Positions 38,160 through 51,459 of a stretch of DNA of 64,000 nucleotides are shown one piece after another. This stretch comes from Mobula hypostoma (lineage: Eukaryota). The first letter of the stretch is position 1; every line of letters begins with the position of its first letter. The stretch lies in assembly GCF_963921235.1 (NCBI RefSeq), contig NC_086097.1, positions 91,948,001 to 92,012,000 of the forward strand, written 5' to 3'. A program made the position numbers and the translations under genes. Below the pieces are notes generated by a model. The model saw only the letters and a list, made by a program, of their open reading frames with translations. It searched no databases and was not told the DNA's origin.

Positions 38160-38633
38160 ATGCAGGTTGGAACCACGCAGGTTCCCCTTGAGAAGCATCG
38201 TGCGATGCTCCATCGAAAGTCCTACACGATCAACGAGACGTCCAGGAGCAAAAGGAACTGCAGCCCTGCATCGCAAGCGAAATTCACCATGGTGGATCTG
38301 AGCGCTGCGAACACTTCCGCCGGTCCCACCAGCCAAGAGGGAGACAACTCCGTCTGCAGGCTGCAATCGGCCAGCTGGGACGAGGGGAGGACCGAGCTGG
38401 AACCTCGGCAGCGCCATCGACCCCCGGTCCCACAACTCACCATCACCTCGGACGAAGGGACGACGCAGGAAAGCCTGGAGCTGGAGCTGGACTCCGACAT
38501 CAGAGTGTGCCGCAAGCTCTCCAACTCCTCGCTCTCCTCCACAGGCTCCTCTCTCCTCGAGGAGTCCGAGGATGACCTGCTGGAAGGTCAGGCGCAAGAC
38601 CAGGGCGCCGAGGATCACCAGGGCTTCGGTCTG
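38160..38633 (+). CDS. ITPKA: Inositol-trisphosphate 3-kinase A, first coding exon (N-terminal regulatory region)
   Basis: Open GC-rich frame; PPVPQLTITSDE and RKLSNSSLSSTGSSLLEESEDDLL match mammalian ITPKA as I recall it (PPVPQLTVTAEE; RRLSTSSVSSTGSSSLLEDSEDDLL); canonical phase-0 donor CTG|GTGAGT at 38633/38634; start ATG uncertain (38160 or a downstream Met). Confidence 0.88.
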
Positions 38634-39080
38634 GTGAGTGCTTGATCTGAACTCTAGCTTCATTGCCACCTTTTAGAGAGTGTAGAGGGAGATTTCCAAC
38701 AATGATAAGGAACTCCAGAGTGTTGTGGACTGGAGATGAGATGAGCTGAGCTGGTACCATCAAATGGTCCCTTCAAACGCTAGGTGTTTTGAGCAGAACA
38801 ATCGGCGGCAAGGTCGCTAACAGAGGGCACAAATATGACGTAATTGGCAGAAGAAAATTGTTTGTTTTGGAGTGGCACAGGGGGTGCAGCTGTTGTCTCA
38901 GCTCCAGCAACCGGGGTTCACTCCTGACCTCCTGCAGTTATGTGTGTGGAGTTCTCTGGTTCTTCCCGTGACCATGTGGGGTTCACGGGTGCTCCAGTTT
39001 CTTACCGCACCCCAAAGGCTGCCATGTGAGTGGGAGAGTCTGGGGGGAGGGGACCGTGGCGACAATGAAATGGCAATTGT

Positions 39081-39214
39081 ACTGACGAAGGGTCTCGGCC
39101 TGAAACGTCGACTGTACCTCTTCCTAGAGATGCTGCCTGGCCTGCTGCGTTCACCAGCAACTTTGATGTGTGTTGCTTGAATTTCCAGCATCTGCAGAAT
39201 TCCTGTTGTTTGGG
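39081..39214 (+). mobile_element. Short Penelope terminal fragment
   Basis: 6-bp TSD aattgt (39075-39080, 39215-39220); near-identical to the 3' end of 58802-59642. Confidence 0.85.
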
Positions 39215-40329
39215 AATTGTGTAGATGGCTGTTTTTTGGTTGGTGTAGATGTAGTGGATCAGTGTTTCTGTGTTGTATGAGCTCTCTAAGTGTGTAAGTG
39301 AATGGCAGAATTTCAAAGTCAAAGTTGATTGTCATATGCACAAGTACATAATGCTAAGGTTCAATGGAAAACTTAATTGCATAGCAGCAGATACAGAACA
39401 TTATTGCAAAAAAAAAACAAATTAGGCATAAATCATGCACAATTAGAACAAAAACAAACTCTTGTTATACTGTAAAGTGGCCATACTGTTGCTACACTGA
39501 GGTAGTGAGTAGGATTGTGCAGGTTGGTGTTGGAGCCTAATGATTAAAGGGGAGTAGCTGCCCTTAAATCTGGTGGTGGTGGATTTAATAATCTTGAGGC
39601 AAATTAACGGGAATATGGGGAAAACAGATTCCAGGGAAAATTAGTGGGAGAATGTGATCGCTGGTGTGGACGTGATGGGTCAAATGGCCTTCTGAATAGG
39701 AAAGATCTATCAAAACAGAAACTTAAAATATAAAAAGCAGCAGGAGAGACAACATTTGTGGAGAGGAAACCATTCACCGTGATGGCATTTGACTGGATGC
39801 TGTCTGCTGTTGTGATCTGGAATGCACTGGCTTGGAGGATGCCTGGGGAAGGTTCAACTGCAACTAGCAAATAGGAACCAGTACAGTAGCTGTTAAAAAG
39901 AATATTTCGGAGCTCTTAGTTAAGGAACAGGTGTAAGGAGAAGGGGTGCCAGGGCCAAATTGTCTCCTCCCATGTGGTGGGCTTCCATGTGCAAATCAGA
40001 AAATGCCCAAGTCCCTGGAAGCATGGAGCCTCTGGGACAACTTTATGATCACAGATTTGAACCTACTGGGCTCTCCATTGATGCTGCTCAGCACCATAAT
40101 TTCCGTTCTTGTTTTGTTCACGGAACAGCAAGCTGTGGCCCTAAAGTTTATCATGTCCACCCATGCCGGGAGAAGTGCTCTTGTCTTGCTTGGTGCAGTA
40201 TGAGATAAGTTACAAGAAATTGTTCCAAAAACTAGCAGCAGTAGGCGTGAGTAGTTCTTTTGTTATGTAGTTTCGCAGGCAGACAGGGACTGCATTGTTT
40301 ACAGGTGGTGGAACAAAACTACTTCAATG

Positions 40330-40330
40330 T

Positions 40331-40379
<49 letters not shown>

Positions 40380-40874
40380 GTGTACAGACTCAGTCCCACG
40401 TACACAAAAATGTACATTTATATGCATACACACAATCACAATGACATACATAAAGTATTGTGCAAGAGTCTTAGACACAGGTAAAAAAATATGTAAAGTG
40501 AAGATGCTTTCAAGAATAATGAAATGAGAAATTGCTAAATATCAAAAAATTTGCTATAAAGAACAGTAAAGAGTAAAAAAAAGTTTGGTGTGACCACACT
40601 TTGCCTTTAAAACTGAGTCATTTCTCTTAGGTACACTGTTGTGCAGTTTATAAGAAAATCAGCAAGTAGGTTGTTCCAAGCATCTCGGAGAACTTGTCAC
40701 AGTTCTTCTTCAGTCTTTGGCTGTCCTGCTTGCTTCTGCCTCTCCAGGTAATCCCAGACAGCCTTGATAATGTTGAGATTAGGGGTTTTTGGAGATCATA
40801 CTATCTGAAACCAAAAATCTAGGGTGCCTAAGACTACATACAGAAAGGTAGTCAATACACTCAGGCAAACACTT

Positions 40875-40920
<46 letters not shown>

Positions 40921-40925
40921 ACACA
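40330..40925. repeat. Two (CA)n microsatellites flanking a Tc1-like fragment (~40449-40840)
   Basis: (ca)n at ~40345-40377 and ~40879-40925; gtattgtgcaagagtcttagacac and inverted ggtgcctaagact. Confidence 0.6.
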
Positions 40926-43798
40926 GGCAAACACAACTGCCCTTATACAAAAATACACATGCAAGCACACACTCATAATGCAGGAGATGTAATGAAAGTT
41001 GGAACTTGAAGTGAAACCAATAAAAAATGTCCATAAATGTTGCTGAGTCAATGGTTTAGTATAGACGGAGGGAGATGGCTTTGAAATACATAATTACATT
41101 GAATTGCTAATCGTGGTAGGAATTTCTTCACAACAGGCAGGTCTAATTATCATTTTATCTTCATATTGCTCCATCATGTCCATTTCAAGCATTCCTAAGG
41201 ATTCAGTGGCATATTTGCAGAAATGCATAAATAAAGTTTGTAGGTACTCTCAGAAACTCATCTGTTTCTGAAGGAACAGCATTTGCCATTTGACTTTGGA
41301 CCCAGTGCATTCAAATATTCTTGAGTTATGTATTAATTCTGTAAGATACAGTTCAGACTTAGGAGCCTCAAAGTTTACAAAATAATACTTTTATTGTCTA
41401 TATACAGTGATTCCAAGAGGAAAATTTATATAGGTCATTTTTAAACATTTTGAAAACGTTTATTCTTATATAAATAATACAGAATAATATTTAAGAAGCA
41501 CTTGGATAGGTGCGTGGAGGTGTGGGGCATAGAAGGATATGCGCTGAACGCGGGGTGGGCACCATGGTTGCATGGACTTGATGGGCCGAAAGGTCTGTAT
41601 TAATGCTGTATTGCTCTGACTCTACAGTATGTATCTATTTTATAGTTAGTGCAATTTCTTTCTGATGTAATTTATATCAGACAGAGTATTGAGCATATAA
41701 TGTAGTTGATGGTAGTCTGTATGCATTTTGGGTAGGCCTTTGCCTAGGTCCTACATGGAAAACATGCCTAAAAGGTTAGAACCTATAGGATCCTAGACAA
41801 ATTGGACCCAAGATCAGCTTGGTAGAAAAGGGGAGAGGGTGATGACATCACCATCATTATGTGCCATGGACAACCATGGTCTTTCACCATGATTGTTCTT
41901 GGCAAATTTTTCTGCTGAAGTGGTTTGCCATTGCCTTCTGGACAGTGCCTTTACAAGACGGGTGACCCCAGCCATTAGCAATTCTCTTCAGATATGGTCT
42001 GCCTGGTGTCAGTGGTTGCATAACCAGGACTTGTGATATGCACCAGCTGAAATGCAACCATCCACCACCTGCTCCCATGGTTTCACGTGACCCTGTTTGT
42101 GGGGGGGGGGAACAGGGAGGGGCTAAGCAGGTGCTCCAACTCACCCAAGGGTGACCTTCAGGCTAGTGGAGGGAAGGAGCACCCTTTGGTGGAGATGTAC
42201 CTCCACCCCACCACCCAAAGGATTGTTTTTATGACTAGAAGCCTGTGACCAGTGGTGCTGTTTGATATGTACATTAATGATCTGGAGATGAATGCAGGAG
42301 GTATGGTTAGTAGCACTCACAACACGCTGGAGGAACTCAGCAGGTCGGGCAGCATCTGTGGAAACCATCAGTCAACGTTTTGGGCCGGAACCCTTCGTCA
42401 GGACTGAAGGGGGAAGGGGCAGAGGCCCTATAAAGAAGGTGGGGGGGAGGGTGGGAAGGCAAAGGCTGGTAGGTGCCAGGTGAAAAACCAGTAAGGGGAA
42501 AGTTCAAGGTTAGTAAATTTGCAGATGACAAGAATATTGATGGTGTTCTTATTAGTGAAGAGAATAACCATAGACTACAGGGTGATAATGATCATTTGGT
42601 AAGATGGGCAGAGCAAATGCCGACGGATAATAAATGTGAGGAATAATAGGGGTAGGATGTAAACCAGAAATGGCTCTGGGGAGTTTGGAGGAACAGAGGA
42701 ACCTTTTTATACAAATCCAAAGGTTTCTGAAGGTGGCAACATGGAGAGATGAGATGATGGAAGAAGGCACATGGGGTAATTTCAATCATTAGTCAGGGCA
42801 CAACATATACTTTATACTTTATACTTTATTGTCGCCAAACAATTGATACTAGAACGTACAATCATCTCAGTGATATTTGATTCTGCACTTCCCGCTCCCT
42901 GGATTACAAATCAATAGTAGATACTAAAAATTTAAATTATAAATCATAAATAGAAAATAGAAAAATGGAAAGTAAGGTAGTGCAAAAAAAAACTGAGAGG
43001 CAGGTCGGGATATAACAGCTAGGGCATTATTGTACATCTTTATAAAACACGCATGTAACAGTAACCTTGAATTGGACTATGTCCACCACCCTTTCAGGCA
43101 GTGCAGTCTAGATTCAATAAGTGCTGTCTGGGCCCAGGACAGGTTATCCAGTATGTTAACAGCCAGGAATTTAAAGCACCACTGATCCCAATCTGTGTTC
43201 ACGCTCTTTCAACTTCCTGAAGTCAGCAATCAGTTCTGTAGTTTTACTGATGCAGAGTGAGAGTCTGTTTTTGAGGCACCACTCAACCAGTTGTCCTCTC
43301 ACTCCTGTACACTGACTCATCACCATCTGCGATTCATGCAATATTGTTGGCGTATTTGTGTATGGCATTGGAGCTGAGCTTGCTGAGCAGGTAGGGAGTA
43401 GGTACCTATTCAATAATTGAGAAATCTTTAAATGAGCATTCAAGTTGCCTAAGCATAAAAATCGATGGACAAAGAGCTGGTGAATGGGTTAGTGTAGGAA
43501 GAGACATGATGGTTGGCATGGACACAGAAGGTCAAAGGGCCTTCTGCTGCGCTGTGTGTCTTTTTGACTTTACAGTGTAGGTTGGCATTCCTGCATGATG
43601 CCAAGGGAATATTGCATTGTTGGTGAAGAGGATAAATAGAGGCTCACTCAAGTGTATTTGTAGCAAACCATTGTGATATTTTGAAGAAATCCTGAGGCTT
43701 TCTCCATGATGAACTGGTCCATGTCAATCCTTTAGCCAATGACACCACAAAATAGACTATTATTTCAACAATAAACTTCATTCATCATAAAAAATATA

Positions 43799-44633
43799 CA
43801 GTGGATTCCAGTTAATTGGGACACATTGGAACATTTTGGCTAAATTAAGAGGCTTCACCAATCAGCCGAAGTTAAATAGTAGTTTGTCTTCTTTATAAAT
43901 CATTCACATATAAAAAAAAGACAAACTATTATTTAACTGAGTAAGAAATTATGTATTTAAATGAAATATACAGGACAAACTAAAACACTAACAATACTAC
44001 TACAGTACTAAAAAGCTGTAGTTTCTAATAATCGACGGAGGTATTTATCCAGTGTACACTGCTGCGTTTTTTTGATTGACTGTAAATGAACATCACAGAC
44101 ACCTAGTGTAGATAATGGACTGGCTTCGTACAATGCTTTTGCGATTGCATCTTCTATATCTTCATTTTCATTGTAACATTACAGATGATTGTTGATACCT
44201 TCAAGTTCTTCGGAGTTCCTAACTTGTTGAAGTAGCGAAAAAATTTCATTTTCACTCCAAGCTGTTTCTGGCATCTCCAAGCCTGAATGCTTGAAACCGC
44301 AGTGAGCAAAACGGTTCTGAGTTGTCTTACTGCTTATTTCTCGCCAACTATCAGTGACAAAAATCACTGATCTTTGAACACAAACACATGCAATTGATGC
44401 TGTTTAAAAACTGTTTGCTCTAAGCACGGTATGGTGCCTAACGGCCACACAAATGCACGTGATGCTAGTTAGAAACTGTTTGGCAACAGTCTCTTGTCCT
44501 ATTTAAGCGGCCTAGTGCCCAAATAAATGAAGGGAAACCCAACTATTTTCTTGAATATTTTTGTTTTTTAAGAGTTGTCAGAAATAAGCGGCAGCACCAA
44601 TTAACTGATGGCCCAATTAACTGGAATCCACAG
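43799..44633 (-). mobile_element. Tigger/pogo non-autonomous DNA transposon
   Basis: TIR cagtggattccagttaattggg / cccaattaactggaatccacag; TA TSD; transposase remnant DSWREISSKTTQNRFAHCGF. Confidence 0.9.
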
Positions 44634-47600
44634 TATATCCAGAAGAATGTTTACTGCAAAATGCTTGCATTCATGGTCAATACAATCAATAGTGTTAACT
44701 TCTGTTTTAACTCTGGCATGCCACTCATGTGGCCCTCTGAGGGTGATATGCCCACACTTACTATAATTCCTGTAATGGCTGTGGAGAACAGGGAGTCATG
44801 CAGCCTAGAGTCTAACCAGGTCTATACCAACTGTATTGCCCAATGAACTAGTCCCATCTGATCTGTAATCCTCTAACCTCTTCTATCCATTTTCTTACTG
44901 AGCTAGCTTGTAAGTGCTGCTAATATGCCACCTCAACCACTATTTCTGGCAGCTCATTCCAATTATGCACGAAGAAGCTGTCCTTAATGTCCCTTTTAAA
45001 TCTCTCATATCTGATTTTACACCTGCGCCCTCTTGTACTGGACTACTAAAGTGCTCCAGTAAATGTGATAACCTGCTTTGGAGTTTGTGGGGCCTTATAT
45101 TCCTGTGTCATCATTAATTTGGTAAAACATCCCAAGCTGTTTGGGATAGCTTGGTGCCATACAAATACAACTGCTTTCCTCCTCCTGTCCATCCTTTCCA
45201 TGCGTGTAGGATTTTGGAAATAATCTCAGTTACGGTATTGCTGGTATATACTCCTCCTCAATTTCACTCCCAGCCAAGATTTTCACCAACAACATTGACA
45301 GAACTATTATTAGTTCTTGTGTCAGAGGGTTCTCCTGTATGGAAAGGTAAATGAAATACCCAAATTAAACATGTAGCTTTGTGTTTGTTGTAAAAGGTGT
45401 ATCAGGCTGCACTCACTGGTTCCTATTTGCTAATGGTGTTGCCTTGACCGTCACACACAAGTCAAATAATTGTAATTCCAGTGATTCAACCAGGATCTAT
45501 GATGTGGCCTACAGCTGATGTTAAACTTGAAATGCCTTGAAACCGTTCTTGTTGAATAATGGTTAAAATAATTAGTAGATAGCTGTGAGTACAGGAAGGT
45601 GCTTGTGTTTTTTTCCCATTGTGATTATTTTGAGCTGGTTCATGGTTTCAGCCCTTTGCACAGCTGCTCTTGATTCAGTCTGTCTCAGGCTTTCAGGGAA
45701 AATATCAGTCCCACAATATTTCAGTGCTTTCCTGTATTCCTACACTTTCCATGAGATAACATCCCACTTAAAACGGTCTCATCTTTTACCCAGTCTAGGA
45801 GTAAACAATCACCTGATCCAGTAGAATCTTAGTTCCATTCTCTCTGGAGACCAAGTTAATTCCAGTTAATCATTGCCCTTTACACATTGGGTAATTCTAT
45901 TCTCTGTATCTAAACCCACCCTCCCATTCCTTCTGAGGGTAAACTAACCCTCATGCTGCCCTGGGTGAGTTTCCCTCTCTGTTGGGCTACACCCATTGTC
46001 TCACACTCTCTGGCTCCGGGCTCCCTATCTCTGGGGGTGCATATCTCTTCCCCCCACCCCAACTCTGTCCTGGACTGATTTTATGTTCTAGGAATACACA
46101 CAGCTCCATACATCATCTGAGGCTGCAGGCACTATCTCTGTACACATAAAAGCTATCTCAAACTTGGCTGCTGATGCGGCAGTACTCCTAAAGAGCCTCC
46201 CTACCACGCTGTGCAGTTCTTTGCCATTTAAGTAGCACTAGTATCCACCCCTCCCCTACCCCTCACACCTTTTCCTGTTCCACCCTTCCTGTGCACTCTT
46301 GTATCAGTCCAAGAACCGCGTGTTACTATACTTCATCCTGACTTGGTAGCATGCCCTATGTGTGCAGATTGTGAAAGGCCAGCCACCCCCTCCTCGTATT
46401 TGTTTATATGTGAATACTTGCGCTGTTTTGAGAGGTTTAATTAGTCATAGAAAGAGTCGTAGAAAAATACAGCACAGAAACAGACACTTTGGTCCATCTA
46501 GTCTGTGCCAAACCATTTGAACTGCCTAGCCCCATCAACCTGCACCTGGGCCATAACCCTCCATACCCCTACCATCCATATACCTATGAAATAAGTCCTG
46601 GAAATCCCAATTAAGCACACTGTCCGGAGCTTCTATTCCTGGTGTTGTGATACTGCAGCAAATCTAGGTTATCAGAACGTCCTGTTACATTTTTGCTGCT
46701 CAATTACTTAATCGTTTCATGTTTGCTTCTGGGGGTGAAGGAGGTTGAATCTGTGCCAAAGCCAAGAGCTATCTCATAAATCCCACTGCCTTACTTGTTT
46801 TTCCACCACCCTGATTCTCTTGCCACCCACCCACGCTCAGGAGAGGGGACTTCACAGCAGCCTTTGGGGTGTAGGAGGAGACTGGAGCCCTCAGAAGCAA
46901 CCTGCACAATCACAGGGAGAACATGTAGACTCCACGCAGACAGCGTCACGAGTCAGGATTACTCGAGCTGCTTGGCAGCGACACTGACTGCTGTGTCTCT
47001 GCCGCTCCCTGTCCTCAATTACAGAACTATGCACATTTTAGCTACATGACCTCCATCTCAGTGACTTCCCCTGCTCATATACTGATCAGCAGCCACTGGT
47101 TGGTAAAACTCGCGGTTACAGTTCAGAGCAAAAAAAAAGATGGAACTACAGAGCGGGTCAGGCTGCAGAGGTGGAAAGAGAAATAGTGTCAATGTTTTAG
47201 GTTAGAGCTGCTTCAGGGGAAAGAAAAATGTTTTGGGATTGACATGATTGTGATTTAGCTGGGTTGATATTAGAAGCATCCACGAGTAGTAGTCAGTAGT
47301 TGAAGGCATCCAACAAAGCTCAATATACTCTGCAGATGTGGGGGTCAAAGCAACACTCACAACACGTTGGAGGAACTCAGCAGGTCAGCAGCATCTGTGG
47401 AAACGATGACTCAACGTTTCGGGCCGGAACCCTTCGTCAGGACTGTAGAGGGAAGGGGCAGAGGCCCTATAAAGAAGGTGGGGGGAGGGTGGGAAGGAGA
47501 AGGCTGGTAGGTTCCAGGTGAAAAACCAGTAAGGGGAAAGATAAAGGGGTGGGGGCTGTTACCTAAAAAGGTACCTAAAAAGGCACTTAACAAAAGCTGT

Positions 47601-48752
47601 CACCTAATTTGTAGCTCATAGAATTGAGAGATTGTGGGATGAATGTTCATGCTGTAAGAGAGAGCAGGGTTAATGGGCCCGTACTTGAACTGAAGGTGAA
47701 AAGACACTAATATTAAACCTAACAACCTGAGTTAGGGTCTCAACTATTGACTAGATCAGTGGTGCTCAACAGGGGCCATGCCAGATTTCATAGGGGCCAC
47801 AAGTTAAAAAACTGGAGTTTCTGAATGGGCCGTGATAAGTTTTACTATTTTAATGAAATATTGCTAAAATATCTAAATAAAAAAAAAATGAATATATGTA
47901 ACTTAATTGGATCCCTGAATGAAATGAATGGGAAAATATGCTAGATGATGCAAATGAGGCAGCAAAACAGCTTGACTATGTGCAAGTCACCATTCATTGG
48001 TGATGTGGAGGCCCCACTCCACATCCACCCCCAAATCACAAACTGCAGATTCCGACGGGGTTTTCTGCAGCAAGTCCAGTCAGCATGAGGCTGGTTCCAC
48101 CGACCCTCGTGTACTATAATATTTATAAAATGTGACGAGGAGGGTGCAGTTACTGCAGTGAGGTCACCTGTCACTAATGGCTAAACTGCAGAGCGGTGAG
48201 AACACGTGAAGGCTACCACTACGTCCCCATCTACCAGCACAACTTCCATTAAATCTCTGATACTTAACACATTTTGAAAGGAAGGTCAATTCACTTTTCT
48301 TGGTGAGAACACACTCGTTATTGCTACATAGAATTTGCATGTATAATAACACTTAAAAATATATGCCTGAAAAATTAAATTATTTAAAAAATACTCCCTG
48401 AAAAGCTAGTTTTATTTTTACATGTATATTCAATACTGAAACTAATACGTGAGATTATATTTATTATAATTTTTAGGCGTTTTCTAATTTTCTGTAGAAC
48501 CTACTCACACAATTTTGTTGGTACTGTGTGTACATGCGCGTACACACGCGCACACACAGAGATCAGGTCAGTGAGGAAATGCCTCTTGCTTAAGAGCTTA
48601 AGACAGATACTGAATGTGAAACTATTTTTGAAGAAGTCAAGAGCTATATCTTTGAAAGTAATATCCTGCTGGAAAATGTAATGGCTCGTGCAACTGATGG
48701 TGCTGTTTCCATGGTAGGAAGATGCATTGCTCATTTAAAAAATGCTGTGCCT

Positions 48753-48971
48753 TGTGTATTTAATATTTGAGTAGCATTTGAGTAATATTGTAAATATATT
48801 GTTTGATTAATTATTCTTGTTTGTTTAGTAATTCATTACATATGTGAACTGCATACATCATGATAAATACATGCCTTGTCTTAAGTAAAAACAAATGTAC
48901 ATGAGTTATGACCTGGCTCTGTTGTCTTCCTTTCAATTAGTTTTGTGTTTTGGTGTTACAAAGCATTAACA
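48753..48971 (+). repeat. 5' LTR of the Gypsy element
   Basis: Direct repeat of 51460-51698; ends in aaca, followed by the PBS. Confidence 0.88.
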
Positions 48972-50454
48972 GTGGTGATGAGTGAGGTTTAAATGAGTCC
49001 AAGATGACTTGAGGTGCAGTGAGATGTTCAAGTTAGAAAAAGTGTAGCAAGAAATGATCGAATTAAATAAAATCACAGCACTCTTTTTCTGATAACTGGC
49101 TCATGTATACTAAGTGAATTGAACAGTATTTTGAAGTAAATGGATTAGCCAATGAAAAGCGAGTTGGATTGGATTTAAAGGCACACTCTTTGCTTAGAAG
49201 TTTAACTTATAGAGTACATATAAAACTTATAAAGTATATACATGTCTTCACATACAACCCTGCCTGCAAGAAAATAAATCTCAGGGTTTTATATGTGACA
49301 TAGATGTATTTTGAAAATAAAATTACTTCGAAATTTGAACTTCCGACTGCTCTATTCAAATCTGCCGAAATGAGCTGTGCTGTTATGAAAATAATGCAGG
49401 AACATTTATAACTGAAATCATTGTTGATTGCAGAGTGCTTTGGGTTTTATAAGTGGAATCAAAAGGGAGTCCATTTTAGTTCAGATGGCTGAATTGAATA
49501 GATTGTCTGAACATTATCAGTTCAATGATAGGCTTAATGATGCACTGAGAAGTTTAGTTTGTGGAATCTTACAAGAAATCATGCAAAAATGGCTCCTAAC
49601 TGAAGTACAACTTATGTTTAAAAGAGCAGTTGAAATATCTATATCAATGAAAACAGCAGAGAGAGACACAACTGAATTGCAGTCAGGAATGGAAGTAAGC
49701 AAAAACAAAATTGCAATATCTAAACAGAAACTGATCTGGTCAAAAAAATTGTGTTACTGTTGTGGCAGGGGCTCACATACACCAGACCAATGCTGGTTTA
49801 AGGGCAAAACTTGCAGAAAGTGCAAGAAAGTAGGACACATAGAGAGATCATGTTGGGCAGACAAAAGTAAATGGATTGCATGGGGAAGAGTAAAAGATAA
49901 AAAGTCAAATTGTAGTTTCCTAAAGAGCACTATTCTGTATGCTGTTGATAAAAAAAATCTGATAATGATGAGAGTGACACAGGACTGGCTAGCCTTGAGC
50001 TTTACAGTGAGAAAATTAACAGTAGGCACCCCAATATGGCTTACACCAGGAGTGAATGGCAAATTAATTAAAATGTAATTGGACACTGGTTCGGCTGTTT
50101 CAGTCATTCCACAAAATGTGTTTGAATGGCATTTCAAAGACACTAAACTGAAGCCTGCAGATATTTGTTAAGAACTTACACTTTAGAAAATAACATTCCT
50201 GTGTGAGTGACAATTGTAACAATGAGATACACAACCAACAAGCCACATTGGGCTTGTATGTGGTAAAGACAGGAGGGGCAGCATTTTGGGGAGGTGATTG
50301 GCTGAGACAACTACAACTTGATTGGAGATCCATCAACTATTTGCATGTCACATTTCCTGTAATAGATTTAACTGAAAGTGGATTAAGAAAGATTGTTGCC
50401 ACAACTGTCTCCCTGCTGTACACCATGAACCATTGCCCAACATAGGGCAGATAC

Positions 50455-51125
50455 GTGTTGATGCCAACCTCTGTGACTCTGTTTGGAAAGCTTATTGGAC
50501 CAAGGAAGGACCATGCTACTCAGAGGAATCATGAAAGTGATCAAAGTAGTGGTCCAACTACAACATTTTTTGTGGGTAACATATCTGAGAAAGGTTCTGA
50601 TATATTAATCAGCAGTTACTTGCAAAACGTGGCTTGGTTTTAAGCTAGAAGCGAGTTTAAGGAGGTACAGGAAAGTTGAAAGCCTTTGGCTTTTGTGAGT
50701 ATAAAGATTCAGAACCTACGATGTGTGATTAAAGGTTATTGCGTGAACTTCAAGTGGAAGACAAAAAGTTGCTTGTAAAAACAGATGCAGAGACCAAAAC
50801 CCAGCTGGATGAATGGAAGGCCAAAAAGAATGGAGACACAAAAACACAGGATTCGTCAGATGATGTTGTGGATGAGGAAACCAAAAGGAGAGATCAGATC
50901 GAAAAGGGATCAATAGTAGGATTAATAAGAGAATGTTCTGGTGAACTGAATGCACCTTCCCAAAATAGAGATGCCATCCAAGAAAGAAGAAAAAGGAAAA
51001 GAAAGAGGAGGATGACATATGGAAATGGAAGAAGATAAATGAGACCTAATTTCTCGAGAAATTAGCAAATTCTGAGATAGAAGAAACAAAAAGGAGAGAA
51101 AGAAGCTGGGACTGAGAAAGAAGTA
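50455..51125 (+). pseudogene. RBM25: Processed, internal fragment of RNA-binding protein 25 mRNA (RRM and following charged region)
   Basis: Contiguous GPTTTFFVGNISEKGSDILI / QLLAKRGLVLS*KRV*GGTGKLKAFGFCEYK / KKLLVKTDAETKTQLDEWKAKK / DEETKRRDQ / LIRECSGELNAPSQ / EMEEDK*DLISREISKF*D matches vertebrate RBM25 as I recall it; no introns; several stops and frameshifts. Confidence 0.93.
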
Positions 51126-51459
51126 AGGATCAAGGTAGATCCCAGAGCTGTCAGAACCACTTCCTGCAGTCTCAGAGCCAACTCCTACAACCACCATGGA
51201 GGTGGCCCCAGAACCTGAGATTGTTTTCACAGGCACGATTCTTACCTGCCAAACGAATTGACCGACACCCCCACCCCTATCCTTTCAGATAAAACATTAT
51301 TTCCCAAGAGTAAGAAAACCTGCTTAGTGACTAAATCTTTTGGCCAGAATGGAACAATTTAAAATTTGCTATGCTGTGGATGTCTGTATATAGTAGTTGT
51401 ATAATATAGTTGAGATGCATTCTATATTGAGTTGAAGTTTATAGCTAAGGAGGGAGGAG

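Noticed and set aside
38121..38669. 182-aa minus-strand ORF
   Set aside because: Antisense shadow of the GC-rich ITPKA exon; no recognisable homology.
49428..50078. 216-aa ORF as a domesticated gag gene
   Set aside because: Lies within a decayed two-LTR element; TTG start, frameshifted toward its end, stop just before the protease motif.
50455..51125. RBM25 as a functional gene or retrogene
   Set aside because: Several in-frame stops and frameshifts; both termini missing.
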